Assembly: GCA_963514005.1 (NCBI GenBank)
Contig: OY740781.1
Coordinates: forward strand, 29,760,001 to 29,824,000
Direction: 5' to 3'
From: Raja brachyura
Taxonomy: Eukaryota
Length of the DNA stretch: 64,000 bases
Shown here: one piece after another, positions 50,563 through 63,641 of the stretch
Layout of the letters: each line of letters begins with the position of its first letter
How positions within the stretch are numbered: the first letter of the stretch is position 1
Notes under the pieces: generated by a model
What the model was told of the DNA's origin: nothing
What the model saw: only the letters and a program-made list of their open reading frames with translations
The model's database searches: none
Made by a program: the position numbers and the translations under genes

Positions 50563-50976
50563 CAATGATCCTATAGCGAGCAAGAAGTCCACTCAACAAA
50601 AAAGACGTAGTGCGGTCATGGGCAGAATCATGGGTAATGTAAGGCCACATTTCCGTAACCGGCTTCCGTCTCCGCACCAAAGATCCCATAGGATAATAGT
50701 GTGGAGACGGAAGCCGGTTACAGAAACATCCTCGTAAAAATAAAAGTTATTTGGTAAAAATCTTCTCCTGATTTTCAGAATTTTAATTTATTAACACAAA
50801 CTGATCCCCCGCAGCGTTGATTACACTGCGAGTCAGGTCGGGTCGGGTCGGGTCGGGTCAGGTCAGGTCCGGTTACGGAAATGGATGAAAAAAAGGCCCA
50901 CGTTCCGTTGCATACTACACGTCAGCCCATTGCGTTTAGCAGGAGTGGTCTATTGTGCTCCACTATAGGATCTTTG
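50563..50976. mobile_element. MITE with CA...TG termini (P- or hAT-like)
   Basis: TIR CAA(T/A)GATCCTATAG(C/T)G; degenerate 8-bp flanks TTCTATGG/CTCTACGG. Confidence 0.65.
50832..50872 (+). repeat. (GGTCG/GGTCA)n pentanucleotide repeat
   Basis: About 8 units inside the MITE. Confidence 0.85.
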
Positions 50977-52200
50977 CTCTACGGATGCTCTCCGACCTGC
51001 TGAGTTACTCCAGCATTGTGTGAATTTCCTTACCAAGCACCTGTCCAAACGTCTGGAATGTTGTGTGCACGTCTGGTCTGTCTACTAATGGAAGGACATA
51101 CCCCTTGTGAGAGAAGGTGTGCAGTAAAGATTCGCCAGTTGCTGGTTGGATTATCAACACAAGGACAAATTACCATTTTGCATTGATTGTTCCACCAGAG
51201 GAAGCACCTATTTTACCAAGTCATCTTAATATTTTAAACACCGAGATTAATCTTCCATACTCAATTGCCTGCAAATAGCTTAAGGAGGAGCATTAAAACT
51301 ATATCACACTTAATCCAGGAGGCAGAGGGTGGACTCAAATACGTACTTATGGAGTTCTTCCAGTTTGCCTGGGGGCATGCAAGTGAGATGAAAGGCTCTC
51401 ACTGAAGGATGAATTTAATAGCACATTCAACTCCAAGTAAGCGCATACTTAATCCAAGCATAATACCGACTCAAGTCGAGAATTCCAATGGGCCAGCTCT
51501 TAAACCATTCACACATTTTGTATAAAATTCCTGACACGTGTGAAGAAAGACTATCTGTGCATAACAGTTAAAGTGTGATGTGCACTTTTTATTTTATAAA
51601 AGTCTTAATACAAAACGGTTGAAGCGATGAGCATCATTATCATTCAGTGGATAATATCACTGCGGTAAAGGCAAATGTTCGGCTCTTCACTCCCAGTGAG
51701 GGAAAGAGTTAAGCTGTTTAAATATGTTTTTACTCTAATTCTGTGATTTGCATCTGTGAGCCACTCGATATCTCTCCAATGCAGTAGGCAAATTTTTAAA
51801 CCCAGTTTTCCATGATTGTCGGTACATGCTACCCAAAACACCAAAAGTTTTGAATGTTGTACACTCGAAATTTGAGGTAAAATATTATCAGTACAAACAT
51901 GTCCTTGTGAAAAGACTTCAACCTGAAATATTAACTCTTTCCCTCCACGGATAACTTTATACACATTTATAAAATTATGGGGGTATTTTTTAAATTAGGT
52001 CTCTGGTGTCTCGATCTAAAGGTATGTGTTTATGTCGAAAGGGGGAAAGTTTAAAGGGGAACTGAGGGGCAAGTTTTTCACACAGACAGTGGTGGTTATA
52101 TAGATCGAGGAAGTGGTAGAGGTGGATACAGATACTTGGATATCTACCTCCTTGGTGACCCTCGGACTTTGCTGGCTTAACCTTGCACTAAACGTTATTC

Positions 52201-55200
52201 ATAGAAACATAGAAAGATAGAAAAATAGGTGCAGGAGTAGGCCATTCGGCCCTTCGAGCCTGCACCGCCATTCAATGTGATCATGGCTGATCATCCAACT
52301 CAGTAACCCGTACCTGCCTTCTCTCCATACCCCCTGATCCCTTTAGCCACAAGTGCCACATCTAACGCCCTCTTAAATATAGCCAATGAACTGGCCTCAA
52401 CTACCTTCTGTGGCAGAGAATTCCAGAGACTCACCACTCTCTGTGTAAAGAATGTTTTCCTCATCTCGGTCCTAAAGGAATTCCTCCTTATCCTTAGACT
52501 GTGACCCCTTGTTCTGGACTCCCCCAACATCGGGAACAATCTTCCAGCATCTAGCTTGTCCAACCCCTTAAGAATTTTGTAAGTTTCTATAAGATCCCCC
52601 CTCAATCTTCTAAATTCCAGCGAGTACAAGCCGAGTCTATCCAATCTTTCCTCATATGAAAGTCCTGACATCCCAGGAATCAGTCTGGTGAATCTTCTCT
52701 GTACCCCCTCTATGGCAAGGATGTCTTTCCTCAGATTTGGAGACCAAAACTGTACGCAATACTCCAGGTGTGGCCTCACCAAAACCCTGTACAACTGCAG
52801 TAGAACCTCCCTGCTCCTATACTCAAATCCTTTCGCTATGAATGCTAACATACCATTTGCTTTCTTCACTGCCTGCTGCACCTGCATGCCTACTTTCAAT
52901 GACTGGTGTACCATGACACCCAGGTCTCGTTGCATCTCCCCCTTTCCTAATCTGCCACCATTCAGATAATAGTCTACCCTCATGCTTTTGCCACCAAAGT
53001 GGATAACCTCACATTTATCCACATTATACTGCACCTGCCATGCATCTGCCCATTCACTCAGCCTATCCAAATCACCCTGCAGCCTCCAAGCATCCTCCTC
53101 ACACCTAACTATACCCCCCAGCTTGGTGTCATCTGCAAATTTGGAGATGTTGCATTGAATTCCCTCGTCCAAATCATTAATATATATTGTAAATAGCTGG
53201 GGTCCCAGCACTGAGCCTTGCGGCACCCCACTAGTCACTGCCTGCCATTCTGAAAAGGACCCGTTCACTCCTACCCTTTGCCTCCTGTCTGCTAGCCAGT
53301 TCTCTATCCACATCAATACTGAACCCCCAATACCGTGTGCTTTAAATTTGTATGCTAATCTCTTATGCGGGACCTTGTCGAAAGCCTTCTGAAAGTCTAG
53401 ATATAACACATCCACTGGTTCTCCCTTATCCACTCTACTAGTTACATCTTCGAAAAATTCTATCAGATTTGTCAGACATGATTTACCTTTCGTAAATCCA
53501 TGCTGACTTTGTCCAATGATTTCACCACTTTCCAAATGCGCTGCTATCCCATCTTTAATAACTGACTCTAGCAGTTTCCCCACTACCAATGTTAGACTAA
53601 CTGGTCTGTAATTCCCCGCTTTCTCTCTCCCTCCTTTTTTAAAAAGTGGGGTTACATTAGCTACCCTCCAATCCTCAGGAACTACTCCAGAATCTAAGGA
53701 ATTTTGAAAAATTATCACTAATGCATCCACTATTTCTGTGGCTACCTCCTTGAGTACTCTGGGATGCAGACTATCTGGCCCTGGGGATTTATCGGCCTTC
53801 AATCCATTCAATTTACCCAACACCACCTCCCGGCTAACCTGGATGTCACTCAGTTCCTCCATCTTATTTGACCCCCGTTCCACTGCTATTTCCGGCAGAT
53901 TATTTATGTCTTCCTTAGTGAAGACAGAACCAAAGTAGTTATTCAATTGGTCTGCCATGTCCTTGTTCCCCATGATCAATTCACCTGTTTCTGACTGCAA
54001 GGGACCAACATTTGTTTTAACTAGTCTCTTTCTCTTCACATATCTATAAAAACTTTTGCAGTCAGTTTTTATGTTCCCTGCCAGTTTCCTTTCATAATCT
54101 ATTTTCCCTTTCCTAATTAAGCCCTTTGTCCTCCTCTGCTGGATTCTGAATTTCTCCCAGTCCTCCGGTAGGCTGCTTTTTCTGGCAAATTTGTATGCCT
54201 CATCTTTTGTTTTTATACTATCCCTGATTTCCCTTGTTATCCATGGATGCACCACCTTCCCCGATTTATTCTTTTGCCAAACTGGTATGAACAATTTTTG
54301 TACTTCATCCATGCAGTCTTTAAATACCTTCCATTGCACATCCACTGTCAACCCTTTAAGAATCACCTGCCAGTCTATCTTGGCCAATTCACATCTCATA
54401 CCTTCAAAGTTACCCTTGTTCAAGTTCAGAACCCTTGTTTCTGACTTAATTTTGTCACTCTCCATCCTAATGAAGAACTCAACCATATTATGGTCACTCT
54501 TGCCCAAGGGGCCATGCACAACAAGACTGCTAACTAACCCTTCCTCATTACTCAATACCCAGTCTAGAATAGCCTGCTCTCTCGTTGGTTCCTCCACATG
54601 TTGGTTGAGAAAACTATCCCGCATACATTCCAAGAAATCCTCTTCCTCAGCACCCCTGCCAATTTGATTCACCCAATCTACATGCAGATTGAAGTCACCC
54701 ATTATAACTGTGTTACCCTTGTTGCACGCATTTCTAATTTCCTGTTTGATGCCATCCCCAACTCCAATACTACTGTTAGGTGGCCTGTACACAGCTCCCA
54801 CTAGCGTTTTCTGCCCCTTAGAGTTTCGCAGCTCTACTCATATCGATTCCACATCCTCCACGCTAATGTTCTTCCTTTCTATTGCATTAATCTCCTCTCT
54901 CACCAGCAACGCTACCCCACCTCCTTTTCCTTTTCGTCTATCCCTCCTGAATATTGAATATCCCTGGATGTTCAGCTCCCAGCCTTGGTCACCCTGGAGC
55001 CATGTCTCCGTGATCCCAACTATAGCATAGTCATTAATCGCTATCTGCACCTTCAACTCATCCACCTTATTACGAATGCTCCTCGCATTGAGACACAAAG
55101 CCTTCAGGCTTGTTTTTACAACACTCTTACTCCTTATACAATTATGTTGACAAGTGGCCCCTTTCACATCGATCCCTATTATACTTGGCCATACTCTCCT

Positions 55201-55330
55201 ATCCCTTTGTGAGCTTTCTTTCCCGTTAATTCTGGGGTCATTAACCACCCCTTTACTCTCTTTCCCTTTAACTCCGCCCTTGACTATCCCATTTGACACC
55301 CCACCCCCCTTATTCAGTTTAAAACCATCC
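52201..55330 (-). mobile_element. CR1-clade LINE (HER1-like), complete ORF2 region, 5'-truncated at the ORF1/ORF2 junction
   Basis: APE endonuclease (CLNARS, GITETWL, VYRPP, GDFN, SDHN) and RT (QHGF, PQGSVLGP, FADD). ORFs 54838-55299 and 52300-54801 share one frame, split by a single TGA. (TTTCTATG)n tail. Confidence 0.95.
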
Positions 55331-56064
55331 TGAATTAGAATTCCCTAATCATGTATCTATACACTGTAATGGCTCGATTGTAATCATGTATTGTCTTTCT
55401 GCTGACTGGATAGCACGCAACAAAATCTTTTCACTGTACCTCAGAACACGTGACAATAAACTAAACTCAACTAAACTAAGAACGAAGTAATAGGATATGG
55501 CTTAATGCAGGCAAATGAGATTAGTGTTGATAGGAATCACGGTCAGCATGATTGTGCTGGGTCAGCATAGACAAGTGGGGCCAAATGGCCTGTTTACATG
55601 CTCTTTAATTCTGCCATTCCATGATTCTAATTGTCTTTTAAATGTCATTCTTGCACCCACCTCGACCACTTCTTCTGGCAGCTCGTTCCATGACTGCACC
55701 ACCCTCTGGGTGAAAGGCGGGTGGTGCGTAAATGGCAGTAACTTCTCTGGAGGTTAGTTATTATGTTAATGCTAAACCATCCTTGATCTGAGCGGTAACA
55801 GTTCCTGCATTCTGTTCCCCCTTAATAGCAACGGGAAACTGATTTGCAAGTATTGTTTACATGCACCAATCATGCTCCAAACATTAGATTTCAGATGAGT
55901 GCATAATTATTATTTGTGAAATCTTCCTGCGTGAAGATGACTGCCATGTTTGCTAATATCACAATAATTATTGGCCTTCAATCCAGGGCTTTGTTTCTCC
56001 TTTGATAAACGTTCAGAGGTGCAACGTCAGCACTAACATTTACTTTATTGTGAACATACTAAAG

Positions 56065-56430
56065 TATTTATTTTTCATGTCACCGAATACTCCAACAAAC
56101 GTCTACGGATGCACTTTACAAAGTATCCTGACCAGTTGCATCATGGCCTGGTACTGCAATTCCAATGCACAGGAAAGCAAGATGCTGCAGAGAGTGGGGT
56201 CTGAGCCAAATCCATCACGGGTACAGCTCTACACACCAGCAAAAGCATGCACATGAAGCACTGCCTCAAGAAGGTGACATCTATCATCAAAGGTCCCCAC
56301 CATCTGGGCAATGCCTATTTCTTGCTGAAACTGTTGGACAAGAGATACAGAAATCTGAAGTTTCACACCACAGTGTTAACGACCAGCTACTTTCTGACTA
56401 CTATCAGGTTGTAGAACTGACCTGCACTTC
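56065..56430 (+). mobile_element. Old Rex1-type fragment
   Basis: YGCTLQSILTSCIMAWYCN...LQRV remnant. Confidence 0.7.
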
Positions 56431-56467
56431 CCTATTCCTATCTCAACAAAATAACATTATAGACTAA

Positions 56468-56931
56468 TGGGCCTGTCCCACAGGCTATTTTTAGGCAAAT
56501 GCCGGCGACTATCATAGTCATAGCAGGTCGCCGAAAAACTGACGACTGAACCCTCCTACGACGTAAAATTTGAAATAGAAAAATTACTTTACAACAAAAA
56601 ATGAAGTCAGCGAAAAACCGGTGACAACCTACGCCATCCTAGTGAAACCCTTCATCATCCTGGCGACAACCTACGTCATCCTGGCGACAACCTATGACAG
56701 CACCTACGCCAAGAGAACTCAAGCTACGCTCATTGGCTTCAAGCCAACTGTCGCTGACTGTCCCCAAAATGTTTTGAACATTTCAAAATCTAGTGGCGAC
56801 CAGAAAAACACTATGACTTTATGAGCGACTGAGGAGACTACTCACGGCCATACAGGCGACACCCCGGCGACCATGTGGCAACAGCCTAGTCGCCTGTAGT
56901 CTCCTAAAAAATTGCCTGTGGGACAGGGGCA
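56468..56931. mobile_element. PIF/Harbinger-type MITE (older)
   Basis: Imperfect TIRs TG(G/C)(G/C)CCTGTCCCACAGGC..TTTTTAGG, TAA TSD, internal GGCGACAACCTACG repeats. Confidence 0.82.
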
Positions 56932-57113
56932 TAACCCTTGCACTACTTGTTTTCTCATACAATACGATACTATAGAATTTTATTTATCCCAGGAGGGAAA
57001 TTGATCTGCCAACAATAATAAAACACAAGATACGTGAAATCTGAAATTAAAGTGACGAGTGGAAAGGATTGGGGAGGGAGGGGGAGGGGAGTCAGTCTAC
57101 CACACAACAGAAG

Positions 57114-59056
57114 TAAATGATGTGCTTGAGGAGTATAAGGAATGTAAAAAGAATCTAAAGAAAGAAATTAGAAAAGCTAAAAGAAGATATGAGGTTGCTT
57201 TGGCAAGTAAGGTGAAAGTAAATCCAAAGGGTTTCTACAGCTATGTTAATAGCAAAAGGATAACAAGGGATAAAATTGGTCCATTGGAGAGACCGAGTGG
57301 ACAGCTATCTGCAGAGCCAAAAGAGATGGGGGAGATATTGAACAATTTCTTTTCTTCGGTATTCACCAAGGAGAAGGATATTGAATTATATGAGGTAAGG
57401 GAAACTAGTAGAGTAGCTATGGATACTATGAGTTTCAAAGTAAAAGAAGTACTGGCACTTTTGAAAAATATAAAAGTGGATAAGTCTCCAGGTCCTGACA
57501 GGATATTCCCTAGGACATTGAGGGAAGTTAGTGTAGAAATAGCCGGGGCTATGACAGAAATATTTCAAATGTCATTAGAAACTGGAATAGTCCCCGAGGA
57601 TTGGCGTACTGCGCATGTTGTTCCATTATTTAAAAAGGGTTCTAAAAGTAAACCTAGCAATTATAGACCGGTTAGTTTGACTTCAGTGGTGGGCAAATTA
57701 ATGGAAAAGATACTTAGAGATAATATATATAAGTATCTGGATAAAGAGGGTCTAATTAGGAACAGTCAACATGGATTTATGCCTGGAAGGTCATGTTTGA
57801 CTAATCTTCTTGAATTTTTTGAAGAGGTTACTAGGGAAATTGACGAGGGTAAAGCAGTGGATGTTGTCTATATGGACTTCAGTAAGGCCTTTGACAAGGT
57901 TCCTCATGGAAGGTTGGTTAAGAAGGTTCAACTGTTGGGTATAAATGCAGGAATAGCAAGATGGATTCAACAGTGGCTGAATGGGAGAAGCCAGAGGGTA
58001 ATGGTGGATGGCTGTTTGTCGGGTTGGAGGCAGGTGACTAGTGGGGTGCCTCAGGGATCTGTGTTGGGTCCTTTGTTGTTTGTCATGTACATCAATGATC
58101 TGGATGAAGGGGTGGTAAATTGGATTAGTAAGTATGCAGATGATACCAAGATAGGGGGTGTTGTGGATAATGAAGAGGATTTCCAAAGTCTACAGAGTGA
58201 TTTAGGTCAGTTGGAAAAATGGGCTGAAAGATGGCAGATGGAGTTTAATGCTGATAAATGTGAGGTGCTACACCTTGGCAGGACAAATCAAAATAGGACG
58301 TACATGGTAAACGGTAGGGAATTGAAGAATACAGTTGAACAGAGGGATCTGGGAATAACCGTGCATAGTTCCTTGAAGGTAGAATCTCATATAGATAGGG
58401 TGGTAAAGAAAGCTTTTGGTATGCTAGCCTTTATAAATCAGAGCATTGAGTATAGAAGCTGGGATGTAATGTTAAAATTGTACAAAACGTTGGTGAGACC
58501 AAATCTGGAGTATGGTGTACAATTTTGGTCGCCCAATTATAGGAAGGATGTCAACAAAATAGAGAGGGTACAGAGGAGATTTACTAGAATGTTGCCTGGG
58601 TTTCAACAGCTAAGTTACAGAGATAGGTTGAATAAGTTAGGTCTTTATTCTCTGGAGCGCAGAAGGTTAAGGGGTGACTTGATAGAGGTCTTTAAAATGA
58701 TGAGAGGGATAGACAGAGTTAATGTGGACAAGCTTTTCCCTTTGAGAATAGGGAAGATTCAAACAAGATGACATGACTTTAGAATTAAGGGACAGAGGTT
58801 TAGGGGTAACATGAGGGGGAACTTCTTTACTCAGAGAGTGGTAGCGGTGTGGAATGAGCTTCCAGTGGAAGTGGTGGCGGCAGGTTCGTTGGTATCATTT
58901 AAAAATAAATTGGATAGGCATATGGATGAGAAGGGTATGGAGGGTTATGGTATGAGTGCAGGCAGGTGGGACTAAGGGAAAAAAGTTGTTCGGCACGGAC
59001 TTGAAGGGCCGAGATGGCCTGTTTCCGTGCTGTAATTGTTATATGGTTATATGGTT
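57114..59056 (+). mobile_element. CR1-clade LINE, second subfamily, 5'-truncated
   Basis: RT ORF (PQGSVLGP, YADD) with a premature TGA at 58769-58771 before the normal C-terminus (~58973). (ATATGGTT)n tail. Inserted inside a Rex1 3' end. Confidence 0.93.
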
Positions 59057-59300
59057 AGAAGGGGGAGGAGTTGTACAGTTTGATAGCCACAGGGAAGAAG
59101 GATCTCCTGTGGCTTTCTGTACTGCAACTTGGTGGAACCAGTCTGTTGCTGAAGGTATTCCTCAGGTTGACCAGTGTGTAATGTTGGGGTTGAGCTGTAT
59201 TGTCCAAGATGCTCCACAGTTTGAAGAGCATCCTCCCCTCCAAGACCACCTTCCATCAATCCAGCTCCACTCCCAGGACGGAGCCAGCCTTCCTGAAAAC
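59057..59300 (-). mobile_element. Rex1-type fragment (continues at 56955-57110 across the CR1 insertion)
   Basis: KLWSILDN..HYTL...FSNRLV..C.TE.HRRSFFPVAIKLYNSS. Confidence 0.75.
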
Positions 59301-60314
59301 ATAATAGTGTATGTTTGCTCTAATATCATGTGAGTTTGTCTTTTTTGTTTCACTGTCTTGTAGAACTTAAGTATAAATTGTGTTTATGTGCAGTGTCTGA
59401 GTCTACAGTATGTGCCTCTAATGTTGCTGCGAGCAAGATTTTCATTGCACCTGTACCTGATTGTTCTAATTCATATGACTTGACCTGAAATTGAGAAAGG
59501 GAAATTTACTGGCTAATAACAAGTAATCCCTTCCTTTAGCTTCTGTAAATGCATGGATTACTTCAGAGCAAGGCCATGAAGTATCTCCATTTAATTTCAC
59601 ACAGCCTTGAAGACAGACAAAATATTTGGATCTTCTATTGCACCAGCTGAAGAACTGATCCAGTATAAGGCATCAAAATATTTAGTCTAGTCTGTTTACA
59701 GAGAATTAATGCAGGCTTAAAATAGTTTTTAAAATGATTGAAAAGAAGTATCTCTGGAAGATAAAGTTGAGACAACATATTTTTCCGATTGTTATGAACT
59801 GCCTGGTTTAGCCTCAAGTCTGGAGGATCAGCAACTGTAATGAGAGAAGTATTTTCAATCTTGATATCACAGTACTATTAAAGTATGATTTAAAAGACAG
59901 CAAATACAACCTTTTTTGTGCTTTCCTGTTCATCAGTTTTCTCTCTAAACCTTTCCACGCCTTTTTGATTGCAGTTCTATTGTAACATGAACTCTAGAAA
60001 TTGTTGAAATGGCTGTAATGGCTGGAAATTTGGAGCAGGCGATGTATTTGCTTATGGGTGCATATCGCAGCGGAACAAAGAACTGCACTGACGCAGGTAC
60101 GCACGCACACTTGCCATACACATGTGTGCACACTTCTAACGAGGACAATTGGAAAGCAATAAACTGACAATCCTGGCACACATTATTCTGGACATCCCAT
60201 AAACACTCTTCAGCTAATGAACTACTTTAGAAATATCAACACTGATAGCCATCAAGATACTCACCGTTCCAGCCAAAGTTGCAGCACCCAACTTACATGC
60301 AGCAAGGTTTTATT

Positions 60315-61050
60315 ATTGGCAAGACCAGAATTTAATGCCCATCCCTAACACCCCTTGAACCATTGATGGTGAGCCATTTTCTTCAATGGTTGCTGTCATA
60401 GTGAAGGTAGTCCCACAGTGCCAATGATCGCAGGATTTGGTCCCAGCAACTATGAAGGGCCAGTGATGTGTTAGGGTGGTGTGTGACTTGGGAGAGAACC
60501 AGCAGAAGGTGACAGCCCTATGTTCTTGCTGCCTTCTGTTCTTGATGGTGGAGCTATTGGAGTAGCCCAGTTAGTTAACTGCTCTCCTGACCTACGACCT
60601 ACCACAGGAAGTGACTTCAGCTATCCCGACTGCATTTTACTTCCCAGCCCATGCGGACTTGGATCTTGCACTGAACGAACCGTACACCACTGTTACTACA
60701 TCACCTTGTGACTGAGGGATTGTTTGGCAGATCTTCCATCTGATTGGATTTGTAATTTTTCGTAGACAGGACATATCTAGCAGTTTTTCACCTTGTTAGG
60801 TAGTTGCCGCTGTTATGACTGTAGTGAAAAAGATTGGCTAGGAGTACTGCTAGTTTAGTCTTAAGTGCAGCACTGAGGATGCTATCTAATCCTTTGTTGT
60901 ACCCAATGCTCATTGTCATTTCTTAATGAAATTAAAATGGATGTGAATGGAGTAAAATGGAGTAAATTGGTTGAAAATTGGGTTCAGCTTATGAAGATCA
61001 CAGGAGGAAGTTGACATGGATCATCCATAGTGCAGTTCTGGTTGAACATA
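60315..61050 (-). mobile_element. Ancient LINE remnant
   Basis: Resembles an old elasmobranch LINE 3' region from memory; no intact ORF. Confidence 0.35.
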
Positions 61051-61069
61051 GTTGCAAATGCTTCAACCA

Positions 61070-61490
61070 TAGTGTCATACAGCATGGAATCAACTTGACT
61101 CAACTTGCCCATGCAGACCAAGATGCCCCATCTACACTAGTCCCACCTGCCCGTGTCCGGCACATATCCCTCTGAACCTTTCCTATCCATTTACCTGTCC
61201 AAATGTCTTTTAAGTGTTTTTATCGTAACTGTCTCAACTACCTTCTGTGGCAGATTGTGCCACATACCCACCACCCTCTGTGTGAAAGGTTGCCCCTCAG
61301 TTCCCCAATTAAATCCCTCCCCCTCTCATGTTAAACCTAAGTCCGCTGGTTCTTGATCCCCCTACACTGGGTAAAAGACTCTGGTGAATTTACCCAATCT
61401 ATTCCCCTCATGATCTTGTACATCTGAATAAGATCACCCCTCATCTTCATGCGCTCCAAGGAATAAAGTCTTAGCCTGTCTAACCTCACC
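61070..61490 (-). mobile_element. CR1 3' fragment
   Basis: Reverse-complement match to the CR1 C-terminus and tail seen elsewhere in the window. Confidence 0.75.
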
Positions 61491-61849
61491 TCAATCTTGT
61501 CTTGAATATATCTGCATTCCCTTCTAAATTCCTCATTGGACCATGTTTGTTTCTCTGGTTTGGCTATAATGGCTCGGTGTGGGATGTGCTAAGATTGTAT
61601 TGGTGTAGACGTCATGACTGCTTTCAGATCCGTTCTATCCATATTAGCACAATGGCAGTGCCCAATTACACAATATAGAGTCATATTAGTGTTAATTTAG
61701 GACCTTGTCTCCACAACAACTGTGGTGATTGCTTGTCCATTGTTGTCATGGAGAAATGCATCAGCCTGTAGGATGGCAATGTTGTGGTCAGGGGGTTTTT
61801 TTCTGTTACATTTATTTTCTCATCATCAACAATGAGTCATCACATTTAT

Positions 61850-62606
61850 ACAACCATGAAGGCACAGATAGGGTGAATATCCACAGTCTTTTCTCCAGGC
61901 CAGAGGAATCTAAAACTAGAGGTCAAAGGTTTTGGGTGAGAAGGGAAAGATTTAAAAGGGACATGAGAGGCAACTATTTTTCACAGAGCATGGTGCATAT
62001 ATGGAATGAACTGGCAAAGGAAGTGGTTAGGACATACAATTATGACATTTAAAAGACATTTGGACAGTACATAGATAGGAAAGATTTGGAGGAATACGAG
62101 TCAGATGCGAGCTTGGTTAGGCAACTTGGTTTCATGCTGCATAGCTTTATAACCATATAACCATATAACAATTACAGCACGGAAACAGGCTTTCTCGGCC
62201 TTTCCAGTCCGTGCCGACCATTTATTTCCCCCTAGTCATGATTTATGATTTATGATTCAATAATGTGTCACCATATCCTGGAGTTGGCCATTGAGTTCCC
62301 CACCCAGAGTCCTCCCCCACCTGACCAGGGGAGGTCATTTAAGACTGAGGTGAGAAAAAACTTTTTCACCCAGAGAGTTGTGAATTTATGGAATTCCCTG
62401 CCACAGAGGGCAGTGGAGGCCAAGTCACTGGATGGTTTTAAGAGAGAGTTGGATAGAGCTCTAGGGGCTAGTGGAGTCAAGGGATATGGGGAGAAGGCAG
62501 GCACGGGTTATTGATGGGGCAAGATCAGCATTGATCACAATGAATGGCGGTGCTGGCTCGAAGGGCCGAATGGCCTCCTCCTGCACCTATTTTCTATGTT
62601 TCTATG
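61850..62606 (+). mobile_element. Cluster of CR1 3' fragments
   Basis: ESKTRGQRFWVR...; SFKTEVRKNFFTQRVVNLWNSLP...GYGEKAGTGY plus tail; a short inverted (ATATGGTT)n tail at ~62150-62220. Confidence 0.8.
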
Positions 62607-63129
62607 AGTTCATTCTCTGTCCTTATTGCTTTCACTGCTTCTTCCAAGAGATGTTCTCCATGATGACCACTGATTCATCAGCTGACTGAGATAATCGTGG
62701 TCATCGGAAAAGGTTTTCCTCGCCTATGTTAAACTAATGCCTTGAGACTTCATTTGAACCAGAGAGAGGACTTCACTGGAAGTTTTGGCCATCCAAGCCT
62801 CCCTCCCCCCCTCCCCCCCCCCCCCCCCCCACCCTGCTCCTGTGCCTCTGTACATTCCTCGTTTCATCTACACGACCCAAGAACTCCAATGGAGGACTCT
62901 TGCCTGTGGGATTTGATTACGTGAGAATAATGATGGCTTTACTTGAATGGGCCCTGTATCAAGATAGTTTTAATGAACCAGGGTTTTATTTCTAACACGC
63001 CAATAATTTCATGATTATCATTACCAAAACTTGATTTTGTTTTGAAATGCCAGACTATTAACTGAATCTAAATCCCAAAACTGCTGACACACCATTTGAA
63101 CTCACCTCTCTTGTCTTACCAACCCACAC

Positions 63130-63277
63130 GTCTTGCGAGGAATCCGGGGAACCAGGGGAAACTCATGCGGTGACAGGGAGAACATGCAAACTCCACACAG
63201 ACAACAGCAGAGGTTCAGGGTTGAACCCGGGTTGCTGAATGAGTGAGACGCTAGTAGCCGTGCTACTGCGCCACCCT
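63130..63277 (-). mobile_element. HE1-like SINE 5' half
   Basis: tRNA-like head GGGTGGCGCAGTAG...GGTTCAACCC on minus. Confidence 0.7.
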
Positions 63278-63507
63278 AATTTGTTCCTTTAATGACTTCG
63301 CTCCTTAAAGGAATATTTCACGTGGATAACTACCGATTAAAGTTGTAACAGGGTTTGGGGAAAGGGAATTCCAGATGGAGTCTTATTGAAAGAAAAGTAA
63401 TGTAACAATGTCCACTATCTCTGTTAGGTCTTGCACGAATCCTTTGCTGATAGATTGACATTTTACTGTAGTCTAAGGCGCGAATAAGGGAGATATTGAA
63501 ATATTTA

Positions 63508-63641
63508 TGTGTAGGATGGAACTGCAAATGTTAGTTTACACCAAAGATAGACATAAGATACTGGAGTAACTCAGCGGGACAGGCAGCATCTCTGGAGAGA
63601 AGGAATGGGTGACGTTTTGGGTCGAGACCCTTCTTCAGACT
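63508..63641 (-). mobile_element. Penelope pLTR copy
   Basis: Same repeat. Other copies at ~11560-11650, 13698-13830, 20143-20263, 21185-21275, 22670-22760, 30615-30695, 30866-30915, 31388-31516, 36472-36570, 43970-44045 and 50360-51025. Confidence 0.8.

Noticed and set aside
52688-55212. Plus-strand ORFs over the CR1
   Set aside because: Antisense frames of ORF2 with no independent evidence.
60039-60068. GCGAT...ATCGC hairpin as an ncRNA
   Set aside because: Only a short, imperfect stem; expected by chance.
62797-62830. Poly-C/poly-Pro tracts (also 3050, 3648, 28691)
   Set aside because: Low-complexity runs common throughout; lengths unreliable.
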